Sequence record: OQ722176.1
Length of the DNA stretch: 64,000 nucleotides
Strand: one strand, 5' to 3'
Part shown: piece by piece, positions 55,226 to 63,557 of the stretch
How the letters are laid out: the number at the start of each line of letters is the position of its first letter
Numbering within the stretch: position 1 is the first letter of the stretch
Position numbers and translations under genes: made by a program
The notes under the pieces: generated by a model
Database searches by the model: none
Told to the model about the DNA's origin: nothing
The model's input: only the letters and a program-made list of their open reading frames with translations

Positions 55226-55738
55226 ATGAAAAATCATTATGTAGATAATAAAGCTCTATACGCATCTTTGTGCGAATGGAAAGACGACATGAATAATAAT
55301 CCTGATGCTGTGATCCCCGTCCCAGACGTTGTGGCAATCAGCATCATGAAGATTAGCGAGAACTTATCTCGCCGTTACAACTTTAGTGGTTATACTGCTA
55401 CGTGGAAAGAAGAAATGATTGGTGACGCAATCGAGCACTGTTTGCGTTACATCAAGAATTTCGACACTGACAAATACAACAATCCACACGCTTATATCAC
55501 TCGTATCTGTTTCAATGCGTTCGTGCAACGTATTAAGAAAGAAAGAAAAGATACAGCGATTAAATATAAAGTATTCTTATGCGATTCGTCTAACTACACC
55601 GCTGACGGTGAAGAAACAGACTTCGAGTTTCTTCAGCAAATGTTAGAACGTGTCAATTCTTATGAATCTGGCAAGACGCCTAAAGCTCATGCAGACGAAA
55701 AGAACGAACCAATTAACTTACAGAAATTTTACGATTAA
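55226..55738 (+). CDS. 55: late sigma factor gp55
   Basis: YVDNKAL, LSRRYNFSGYT..EMIGDAIE, NPHAYITRICFNAFVQRIKKE. Confidence 0.97.
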   Translation: MKNHYVDNKALYASLCEWKDDMNNNPDAVIPVPDVVAISIMKISENLSRRYNFSGYTATWKEEMIGDAIEHCLRYIKNFDTDKYNNPHAYITRICFNAFVQRIKKERKDTAIKYKVFLCDSSNYTADGEETDFEFLQQMLERVNSYESGKTPKAHADEKNEPINLQKFYD

Positions 55739-55747
55739 GGAATTAAC

Positions 55748-57193
55748 ATGTTAGGTAACTTTGACTCATTTCTGAGTGAAAATCGCCGTCAAACTCAGGG
55801 TGGAAAAATCTACCCTAAGTTTGGTCAAGTTATTGTTGAGCTAGGCACTGCTTCTACCGAGTTCAGCAAAGGCAAAGGCGTTGAAACAACTATCGGCATG
55901 ATGGAAAAGGCAAATGAGCTTAAATCTATCATGGTATCAAAACTTGCTGAAGATGTCAATGTTGATGAGAAAAACTTCGACATTAATCTAAGCGAGAACG
56001 TAAGCACCATCAACCTGCTTATGGAAAACGAATTCTTAGCAATGCCTGCTCATGCTCTACAGCAAGTTAAGTCAATGATCATGTGTACTGAAGCACGTCT
56101 TCCTAGTATCGTGATTAAAGGCGGTGATTTGAACGATGTAGTGACTGAAGCAACTAAGCTAGGTTACAAAAAATCAGACATTCACGTTGTTATCCCAATG
56201 AGTGAAATGAAGATCAATCTTGCAGATTCTGACAAGCTGATCATTGAATCACTTTCATTTGACGGTCTAACAGCGTCTGAAGTACTTGCGCAAGCTGCAC
56301 CAATCAATCTAGGCGACGTTTACGTTACTGTTGAAAGTGTGTCTAGCGACGCTCAACTTTCTGAAATGAAAGAAATCAAGATCAAGACAGCGAATCGCGC
56401 TATGACACTTGGCTCACTAAACCGCCATGTTATGGATCAATTTGTTGTTAAAGAAGCGAAAGACGTATCATACGCACGTGCTAAAGCTGAAGACAGTGGT
56501 CTACCAATGCTTGAAGGTTTCAAAGCGTACGATATGAAGCAGAAAATCACTATGATTGAACATGCTCAGAACGCATTCACCAAAGAAATTGCACGTGCTC
56601 CGCTTTCTGCTACAGCATGGCAAAATCTTGTAGATGTTAAAGAAGCTTATTTCGATAACGGTTGGAAACTGAAGCACAACAACACAAGCATCGTTCTGAC
56701 AAACGCTGGTAACGCTATGCGTGCTAATCGCGTGTGTGAAGAATATCGCGTTGAGCTATCAGAAGCAGGTTATCCTCTTCTTGATATGGTAGCAATGATG
56801 GAAAGTAAAGGCGCGACTCGTTTCGATTGTAAATCATTTGCTGAAGCAATGATGAAATTCGACGGTTGTGTTACGCCAGAACGTCAAACTGTTACTGCAT
56901 TCGTTACTGAATCAGCGGCAAATCGCGTGTTCCACCCTCAAGTGATGTCAAGCCTACGTCCAGTGACTGAAATGGTCGACGACGTTGACGGTCTTGTTCG
57001 TGCTCTTGCAAATGACCAGTTCAGTTCGTTTAAAGTAGCTCAGTCATTCTCGGAAGCAATGCTTGACCAAGAAACGCTTTACTCTATGATGGAAAGCATC
57101 GTATCTGAAGGCGTAGACGTATCAGTTGACGGCACTTTGATTGATTTCAAAGTAAACGATACGCAATACCACATTAACATCGACATCAAATAA
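55748..57193 (+). CDS. putative internal head protein with degenerate P-loop-like N-domain
   Basis: MLGNFDSFLSE start; YPKFGQVIVELGTAS..KGKG. Confidence 0.5.
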   Translation: MLGNFDSFLSENRRQTQGGKIYPKFGQVIVELGTASTEFSKGKGVETTIGMMEKANELKSIMVSKLAEDVNVDEKNFDINLSENVSTINLLMENEFLAMPAHALQQVKSMIMCTEARLPSIVIKGGDLNDVVTEATKLGYKKSDIHVVIPMSEMKINLADSDKLIIESLSFDGLTASEVLAQAAPINLGDVYVTVESVSSDAQLSEMKEIKIKTANRAMTLGSLNRHVMDQFVVKEAKDVSYARAKAEDSGLPMLEGFKAYDMKQKITMIEHAQNAFTKEIARAPLSATAWQNLVDVKEAYFDNGWKLKHNNTSIVLTNAGNAMRANRVCEEYRVELSEAGYPLLDMVAMMESKGATRFDCKSFAEAMMKFDGCVTPERQTVTAFVTESAANRVFHPQVMSSLRPVTEMVDDVDGLVRALANDQFSSFKVAQSFSEAMLDQETLYSMMESIVSEGVDVSVDGTLIDFKVNDTQYHINIDIK

Positions 57194-57202
57194 GGTGACA
57201 AA

Positions 57203-57850
57203 ATGAAAAAGTTCTGCAATTTTCTATCTGAAGTTCAGAAATACAGTTCAGCGGCTACGTCGATTCGTGGTAAAGAAGTTGCAGCGTTAGTTAAGTTGTT
57301 CAAGTCAGGCATGTTCACGCCTGGCGGAACAGCACTTGATTACGGCGCTGGCAAATACGGTCGTAACGCTGACTTCTTACGTAGCGAAGGTATCAAAACG
57401 TATGCATACGACAAATTCAATGGTACATCGGCAGATGGGTGGGAAGCTGTTAGCTTGACTATTCCAAATGGTGAGACTTTCGATACTGGCTTCACGTCAT
57501 ACGTATTGAACGTTGTACCTGAAGAAGTCGAAGCTGAGATCATCCGTGACGTTGAATCTCGTACACGTGGTAAAGTGTTCCACATTACTCGCGGCACTGA
57601 CATCACACAGACAGTTTTCAACGTGATTTCTGGTAAGTCTAAAAATGACGTAATGATGCAATTCATTGCTCAAGAATATCCAGAGATTCATGGTCAGATT
57701 GTCGCAGGTGGCGGCACTAAAGAACTTGCGAAAGAAATTTCCGAGCGCGGTGTGGTTACAGCTAAAGACAGTTTTCAACGTATCCCAGACTTGTCAAAGT
57801 ACGGTTACAAGAAATCTGGTTCAGGTGCTTCTGTAGTCTGGACAAAATAA
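57203..57850 (+). CDS. class I SAM-dependent methyltransferase with capsid-targeting-like N-terminus
   Basis: ATSIR..LDYGAGKYG..YAYDKF..FDTGFTSYVLNVV; MKKFCNFLSE. Confidence 0.85.
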   Translation: MKKFCNFLSEVQKYSSAATSIRGKEVAALVKLFKSGMFTPGGTALDYGAGKYGRNADFLRSEGIKTYAYDKFNGTSADGWEAVSLTIPNGETFDTGFTSYVLNVVPEEVEAEIIRDVESRTRGKVFHITRGTDITQTVFNVISGKSKNDVMMQFIAQEYPEIHGQIVAGGGTKELAKEISERGVVTAKDSFQRIPDLSKYGYKKSGSGASVVWTK

Positions 57851-57867
57851 TTTCGATTATTTTAAAG

Positions 57868-57903
57868 AAAAGGGTTGCTTCGGCAGCCCTTTTTGCGTAT
57901 TAT
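57868..57903 (+). promoter_or_regulatory. fused terminator/early promoter module
   Basis: AAAAGGGTTGC-TTCG-GCAGCCCTTTTT containing TTGCTT-17-TATTAT. Confidence 0.8.
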
Positions 57904-57905
57904 AG

Positions 57906-57947
57906 CTACATCGAAACGACATCGACTAACAAAGAGAGAACATTATG
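57906..57947 (+). repeat. conserved early-gene leader, copy
   Basis: CTACATCGAAACGACATCGACTAACAAAGAGAGAACATTATG. Confidence 0.9.
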
Positions 57948-58217
57948 ATGATTACTGAATCAATTCGCTTTACTACTGTACGTGATATGCTAGACTGCCC
58001 AGCTACGTCTTTCGCTTTCTGGTCAAACGAGTTCATGATCTTCCCAGACGAAGACTTGACTATCAAATCGTACGATGAAGATAAAGTGACTTTTATGCTT
58101 GATCCGATGTGTTTAGCGACTGTATCACTTGATGATACGCTAGAAACACTTGAAGCGAAATTCTCTGCTGCTCTTTCTGTAAGCGTTGCTCAGATCAAAC
58201 AGAAACATAATATGTAA
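57945..58217 (+). CDS. hypothetical early protein
   Basis: 90-aa ORF behind leader. Confidence 0.8.
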   Translation: MMITESIRFTTVRDMLDCPATSFAFWSNEFMIFPDEDLTIKSYDEDKVTFMLDPMCLATVSLDDTLETLEAKFSAALSVSVAQIKQKHNM

Positions 58218-58225
58218 AAAGTTGC

Positions 58226-58262
58226 GAAGCGAGTTTAACAACTCGCTTCACTAACCTATAAT
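58226..58262 (+). promoter_or_regulatory. GTTTA-class promoter with perfect 10-bp inverted repeat over -35
   Basis: GAAGCGAGTT-TAAC-AACTCGCTTC; TTTAAC-17-TATAAT. Confidence 0.8.
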
Positions 58263-58285
58263 ACTCAAACATTGAAGGAAATATC

Positions 58286-58747
58286 ATGATTTATATTGAA
58301 ACAAGCAACATCCTTTCTGATGACACTCTCGGATTCTCAATGGGCGGTGCCCCGAATCACGAGCAGCTTCCTAAAGAAAAGCGTGACACAGTGCTCAACA
58401 AAGCTATTGAAATCAAGCTGTATGAGCGTCTGCCGTCAACTGCTGTACTTGATTTTCTATTGACTGAGAAAATTCCTTTCATTGCCGTTTTAAGCCAAGT
58501 AGAAGTGATTGCTGAACAGCAACGCGCATGGTTTGATGCAATCAGCAAGCACGTGAATCTTGAAATCATGTACACAGATTTTCAAGAAGTCGAGAACGAC
58601 GAAGACACGCTTTTGATTGCCGAAGATCGCTACGCTCTTAAACGTCATGCGCAACAAGGCGGTAAAATTCTGCCATTCTCTAGCCATACACAATTTCAAT
58701 TTATCATCGAACAGCTTCAAATGCTGAACGAAAACAAGGAGCAGTAA
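58286..58747 (+). CDS. hypothetical protein (possibly degenerate HAD-like)
   Basis: 153-aa ORF; LLIAED..GGKILPF. Confidence 0.65.
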   Translation: MIYIETSNILSDDTLGFSMGGAPNHEQLPKEKRDTVLNKAIEIKLYERLPSTAVLDFLLTEKIPFIAVLSQVEVIAEQQRAWFDAISKHVNLEIMYTDFQEVENDEDTLLIAEDRYALKRHAQQGGKILPFSSHTQFQFIIEQLQMLNENKEQ

Positions 58748-59103
58748 TGCAAGAAAAGCCAGATTTACTTAACGACGACGAAATTGTTGATGTAGTCGAA
58801 GATCAAGAAGTACTAGACTATCTTGAAACACTTCAAAATCAGCGTCGTGAGCTTGTTGAGAAAGAAGCGAAGCGTCGAATTAAGAAGAATTCGCGTGAGA
58901 TTAAACGTCTTCACAAGCACGCTGAGAAGTGTCTGATTGACGATAACAAAGATGGTTACATCTATGCTATTCGCAAGCTTCGCTCAATTACTGGTCAGAA
59001 TGTCGGTGACGACGTGCTTGAAACATTGTGGCAAACTAGTCGCGACCAAGTACTGACAATTATTCGCTCATTTGCTGAATCTAAAGCGACTGTTGGTCAG
59101 TAA
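58747..59103 (+). CDS. a-gt.4: a-gt.4-like conserved protein
   Basis: EIKRLHKHAE..NKDGYIYAIRKLR; lies between 55 and 47. Confidence 0.8.
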   Translation: MQEKPDLLNDDEIVDVVEDQEVLDYLETLQNQRRELVEKEAKRRIKKNSREIKRLHKHAEKCLIDDNKDGYIYAIRKLRSITGQNVGDDVLETLWQTSRDQVLTIIRSFAESKATVGQ

Positions 59104-59567
59104 TGGACATTAAATCAGGCGCTGGCTATCCAGCTAGTGCTTTGTCTAACTTCGCACCACATGCATTTACTGTGCGTGGTGTTGAGTGTGCGTCTATGGA
59201 AGGGTTTCTTCAGGGACTGAAGTTCAAAAACCCAGATATGCAACGTGAAGTCTGCAAACTTGTAGGCAAAGTTGCTAAAGCACGCGGTGCGAAGAAAAAC
59301 TGGCAACGCACTCAGACACTTTATTGGCAAGGTGAGCCTATTCAACGCGCATCAATCGGCTATCAGACATTACTCGACGATGCCTATGCAGCGTTAGCTC
59401 AGAACGTCAAATTTCAAAAGGCACTGCTTGCTACTGGTAAAGCTACCCTTACTCATTCAATCGGGCGTAAGAAGCAGGCAGAGACGGTTTTAACTGTACA
59501 AGAATTCTGTAGCCGATTGACAGAGATTCGGGATTATCTTCAAAAAGATGCTGATGAATGTAGTTAA
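59103..59567 (+). CDS. 30.3: NADAR-family hydrolase, gp30.3-like
   Basis: YPASALSNF, SMEGFLQGLK, QTLYWQG, ALLATG, LTHSIG. Confidence 0.85.
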   Translation: MDIKSGAGYPASALSNFAPHAFTVRGVECASMEGFLQGLKFKNPDMQREVCKLVGKVAKARGAKKNWQRTQTLYWQGEPIQRASIGYQTLLDDAYAALAQNVKFQKALLATGKATLTHSIGRKKQAETVLTVQEFCSRLTEIRDYLQKDADECS

Positions 59568-60057
59568 ACTAATGATTCGTGCGATCACTCGTGCGAAGAA
59601 AGTAGACAAGCCAATCGTTTATTTCGACATGGACAACGTATTAGTTGATTTCCAGAGCGGGATTGATACTCTTTCTGTGTGGGAAAAGAATCAATACCAA
59701 GGTCGATACGACGAATGCCCGGGTATTTTCTCACATATGAAGCCGTTAGCCGGCGCAGTTGCTGCGTTTGAAGTGTTGAACAAACACTTTGATTGCTATA
59801 TACTGTCTACCGCCCCGTGGGACAATCCCGGGTCATGGCAAGACAAGCGACTATGGGTTGAGCGTTACTTAGGTAAAGGTGCTTATAAGCGTCTGATCTT
59901 GTCTCACAACAAACAATTGAACTTTGGTCATTATCTCATCGACGACCGCACGAAAAACGGTGCAGGTGAGTTTATGGGCGAACACATTCACTTTGGCACA
60001 GACGAATTCCCTGATTGGCATTCGGTTGTGACTTACCTTATGAGTGAGAAAAAATGA
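59548..60057 (+). CDS. 5'(3')-deoxyribonucleotidase (HAD)
   Basis: YFDMDNVLVDF, ILSTAPW, YLIDDR. Confidence 0.88.
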   Translation: MLMNVVKLMIRAITRAKKVDKPIVYFDMDNVLVDFQSGIDTLSVWEKNQYQGRYDECPGIFSHMKPLAGAVAAFEVLNKHFDCYILSTAPWDNPGSWQDKRLWVERYLGKGAYKRLILSHNKQLNFGHYLIDDRTKNGAGEFMGEHIHFGTDEFPDWHSVVTYLMSEKK

Positions 60058-61097
60058 GCAAAATAGCATTGCTAGGTGACTTGCATATCGGCATTAAAGA
60101 TGATGATATGTGGGTTCAAAACTATCAGCGCAAATTCTTTGATTTCATGTTTGCTGAACTCGAAGAGCGTGGCGTAAAACAAATCATCCAACTTGGTGAC
60201 TGGTTTGACGTACGTCGTGGCGCAACTCAAGAAACGTTAATGTTTCAACGTACGTATTTGAATGGCATGTTGAAAGGGTTTGACACTCACGTTCTAGTGG
60301 GTAACCATGACATGCACTTGCGTGAATGCATCGTCCCAAATACACCATACGAAGTATTGAGTATCGTTCCAGACGTTACAATCTATGAAAAACCGACAAC
60401 TGTCGAGTTTGATGGTGTTGCAATTGACATTATCCCGTGGATTTGTAAAGAAAACGCGGTTGAAATCGACGAATTTATCAAAAATAGCACGTCTGAATAC
60501 TGTGTGGGTCACTTTGAGCTAAACGGCTTCGAGTTTCACAAAGGTCAGAAAGCTACTGGTTGTCTCGATTCTGGCTTCTTGAAGAAATACAAGCAAGTTT
60601 GGTCTGGTCACTTTCATACTCAATCACAAGCGGGCAATATCAACTATCTTGGCACGCCATATACGTTGACTCTTGCAGATGCTGACGACAAGCGTGGTTT
60701 TTGGTTGTTCGATACTGAAACTCATGAAATGGAGTTCATCGAGAACCCAGATTGTTGGCACACCAAGTTGTACTTTGATGCTGAAACGTTCGACGCGAAG
60801 ACAATCCCTTCATATGAGAACAGAAACGTTAAGATCATCGTTGAACGTCGTTCAAGTGACAAGCGTGAAATCTCGTTTGATGTCGTAGAAGACCGTATTG
60901 CGCAAATCGCACATGCGTGCCAGACTCTAGATGAGTTAGACATCAAGAAAGACGTAGCTGACGACATCAAATCGATCAAAGACATCGACGATTATGTTGC
61001 CGAGTATGCCGATACTCTAGACGAATCGACTGAAGTCAAAACGAAAGTCAAAGCTATTTTCTCGGCGCTTCGTGCTGAAGCTTTGGAGAATGCGTAA
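60054..61097 (+). CDS. 47: recombination nuclease gp47 (Mre11-like)
   Basis: GDLHIG, GDWFD, GNHD, GHFEL, SGHFH, YLGTP. Confidence 0.97.
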   Translation: MSKIALLGDLHIGIKDDDMWVQNYQRKFFDFMFAELEERGVKQIIQLGDWFDVRRGATQETLMFQRTYLNGMLKGFDTHVLVGNHDMHLRECIVPNTPYEVLSIVPDVTIYEKPTTVEFDGVAIDIIPWICKENAVEIDEFIKNSTSEYCVGHFELNGFEFHKGQKATGCLDSGFLKKYKQVWSGHFHTQSQAGNINYLGTPYTLTLADADDKRGFWLFDTETHEMEFIENPDCWHTKLYFDAETFDAKTIPSYENRNVKIIVERRSSDKREISFDVVEDRIAQIAHACQTLDELDIKKDVADDIKSIKDIDDYVAEYADTLDESTEVKTKVKAIFSALRAEALENA

Positions 61098-61327
61098 TGA
61101 CTGAACAAATTAAGCTAAGTCCGTGTAAAATCTGTGGTCACGAACCATTTGTACATCGTTCAAATATAGCTGCGAAAGGTTGTAGCTTTCTAGGGTGGAT
61201 TATTGAGTGTGATTACGATAGTGATTACGACCAAGAACTACCGCTATTCGTCGAACACAATTTAACCGTATACGGTGTGTCGAAAGAAGAAGCTATCGAG
61301 CGTTGGGAGCAAATCGCTAATGATTAA
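61097..61327 (+). CDS. small Zn-ribbon protein (Lar-like N-terminus)
   Basis: LSPCKICG..KEEAIERW; lies between 47 and 46. Confidence 0.55.
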   Translation: MTEQIKLSPCKICGHEPFVHRSNIAAKGCSFLGWIIECDYDSDYDQELPLFVEHNLTVYGVSKEEAIERWEQIAND

Positions 61328-63557
61328 ATTCAAACAAGTAACGTATAGCAACATCATGTCGGTCGGCAACACGCCGATCACTGTTTTGCTAGACGAATTC
61401 AATAAAACGTTGATCACTGGTACGAACGGTGCTGGTAAATCAACGTACATTGAGGCAGTCTGTTTTGTACTGTACGGTAAACCATTCCGTAACATCAAAA
61501 AGACTCAGATTGTCAACGCAGTGAACAAGAAAAAGCTATTGGTTGAAATTGTCTTTCAAGACAACAAGCATGTTTACAAGATTGTTCGCGGCATTAAGCC
61601 AAACAAGTTCGAGATCTACAAAGACGATGAGCTAATCCCTCAAGAAGCTGCGGTTGCTGATTACCAAGACATGCTTGAAAAGAACATCTTGAAGATGAAC
61701 TTGAGCACGTTTAAGCAAATCGCTGTACTTGGTACGGCTGGTTACACGCCATTCATGCTGTTACCTGCTGCGAAACGTCGTGAAATCGTAGAAGACTTGC
61801 TTGATATTGGTATCTTCAGTGACATGGCAGCGTTGAACAAAGTTGCATTGAAGCAATTGAACGAGCAGATCAAAGACATCGAAGCTGACATCGAACGTCG
61901 CATGGGTGAATTGAAGCTGCACATTCAGTTCCAGAAAGAGCAGCAAGATAACCGTGACGGTGATTTGGCGCAACTTGAAGAGCGTAAGAAAGAAGCTGAA
62001 GATGAACTTCGACCGCTTGGTGCTGTCATTTCAGAACTCGAAAATCAGATCAGTGCTGATAGTACGATTTTGCGCGACTTGAAAGAGAAGCTTGCTGCGG
62101 AATTGGCAGAAGCTGAAGAAGAGCAGAATGCCGAACTTGCCAATCTAGACGCTGAACATCGTGCAAATATTGCTAAGTCTGAAGCTGACCAAAAAGCTGA
62201 AATTGACGAACTCAAAGCGAAGCAGACAAGCGAACAGAACGTAATTGACGAACTCAATGAACAAGAAGTTCTTGATCTCGACAAAGACCACTCTCAAGCG
62301 TTGATTGATTTTGATAAAGAGACCGAAGCAAGCACACCAGAAGCACCGAATGCTGATGAGATTGCCGCTGATACGTCTACGGTCTTGAGTAACAAGAAAG
62401 AAATCACCAAACTCAAAGAAAACAAAGAATTCTTTGAGAAGAATGGTGACTGTGAGTGTTCGACGTGTAAGCAAACAATCTCTTCTGACTTCGCTCAGAG
62501 TGTGATTGACATGGCTGATCAGCAAATTGCAACGCTGACTAAAGAAACGAAAGAACTTGCCGACAAGATTCGTGCTGCTCAAGCGCAATCTAAAGCGCGT
62601 GCTGAGTTTATTAGCACTCGTGCGAGTGAACGTTCAGCTTTAGATGAAAAACAGCGTACAGAGCGTTCTACGCTCATTAAGAAGCAATCTGCGAAGCGTG
62701 CTGAAGTTATTGACGCACAGCGTGAAGCAATGTCGAAGCTGACAAGCACTTTCAATGATGCGCTATCGCTAATGCGTGAGGTTCAATCGAAAGCTCGTTC
62801 TGAGATTGTTTCGCAACATGCGACAATCAATGCATCGTTGACCAAGAAAGGTGCGAGTGAGCGTGAAGAACTGACTGCAAACATTGGTAAAGACAAAGCT
62901 GAACTTGCTACAGTAGTGACAAAAGAAGCCGCGTTGACCAAGACAATTGCTACTATCGTAGCAGACATTGAAGATGTGAAAGCCAAAGCTGCCACAGAAG
63001 ACCGTACTGCATTGATTAAAAAGCTAACGGCTGAAGTGAAAAGCGTGAAATCCGGGTTGCAAAATGATTTGCAAACGAAGCATTGTCGTGTTATAGTAGG
63101 CACGCTGCTAAAAGACGACGGCGTGAAGTCGATGATTGTTCGACAATACATTCCAATGATCAACAAGTACATCAATGATTACTTGAAGACCATGAATGCG
63201 AACTACAACTTTGTTCTTGACGAAGAATTCAACGAGACAATCAAATCTCGTGGTCGTGATGACTTTAGTTACACGTCATTCTCTCAAGGTGAACGTTGTC
63301 GTATTGACTTAGCATTGCTATTCGCATTCCGTGACTTGGTAAGCGCACGTACTGGTTCGATGACTAACTTGTTGGTACTCGATGAAGTATTCGATTCTGC
63401 TGCTGACACTGATGGTGTTGATTCTATCAACCAAATTCTGAGCAGCATCAACGATAACGTGTTTATTATCTCACACAGTGAGAAGCACGAACAAAGCATG
63501 TTCGACAAGCATATTCGCTTTGCGAAGAAGGGTAATTTCACAAGAGAGGTCAAATGA
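61320..63557 (+). CDS. 46: recombination ATPase gp46 (Rad50-like)
   Basis: GTNGAGKST, CSTC hook, FSQGE, LDEVFD, ISH; start corrected. Confidence 0.97.
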   Translation: MIKFKQVTYSNIMSVGNTPITVLLDEFNKTLITGTNGAGKSTYIEAVCFVLYGKPFRNIKKTQIVNAVNKKKLLVEIVFQDNKHVYKIVRGIKPNKFEIYKDDELIPQEAAVADYQDMLEKNILKMNLSTFKQIAVLGTAGYTPFMLLPAAKRREIVEDLLDIGIFSDMAALNKVALKQLNEQIKDIEADIERRMGELKLHIQFQKEQQDNRDGDLAQLEERKKEAEDELRPLGAVISELENQISADSTILRDLKEKLAAELAEAEEEQNAELANLDAEHRANIAKSEADQKAEIDELKAKQTSEQNVIDELNEQEVLDLDKDHSQALIDFDKETEASTPEAPNADEIAADTSTVLSNKKEITKLKENKEFFEKNGDCECSTCKQTISSDFAQSVIDMADQQIATLTKETKELADKIRAAQAQSKARAEFISTRASERSALDEKQRTERSTLIKKQSAKRAEVIDAQREAMSKLTSTFNDALSLMREVQSKARSEIVSQHATINASLTKKGASEREELTANIGKDKAELATVVTKEAALTKTIATIVADIEDVKAKAATEDRTALIKKLTAEVKSVKSGLQNDLQTKHCRVIVGTLLKDDGVKSMIVRQYIPMINKYINDYLKTMNANYNFVLDEEFNETIKSRGRDDFSYTSFSQGERCRIDLALLFAFRDLVSARTGSMTNLLVLDEVFDSAADTDGVDSINQILSSINDNVFIISHSEKHEQSMFDKHIRFAKKGNFTREVK

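Noticed and set aside
4381-57947. Repeated leaders or 9-bp TTAG units as a CRISPR array
   Set aside because: Copies are dispersed or too short, there are no regular 30-40 bp spacers, and there are no cas genes
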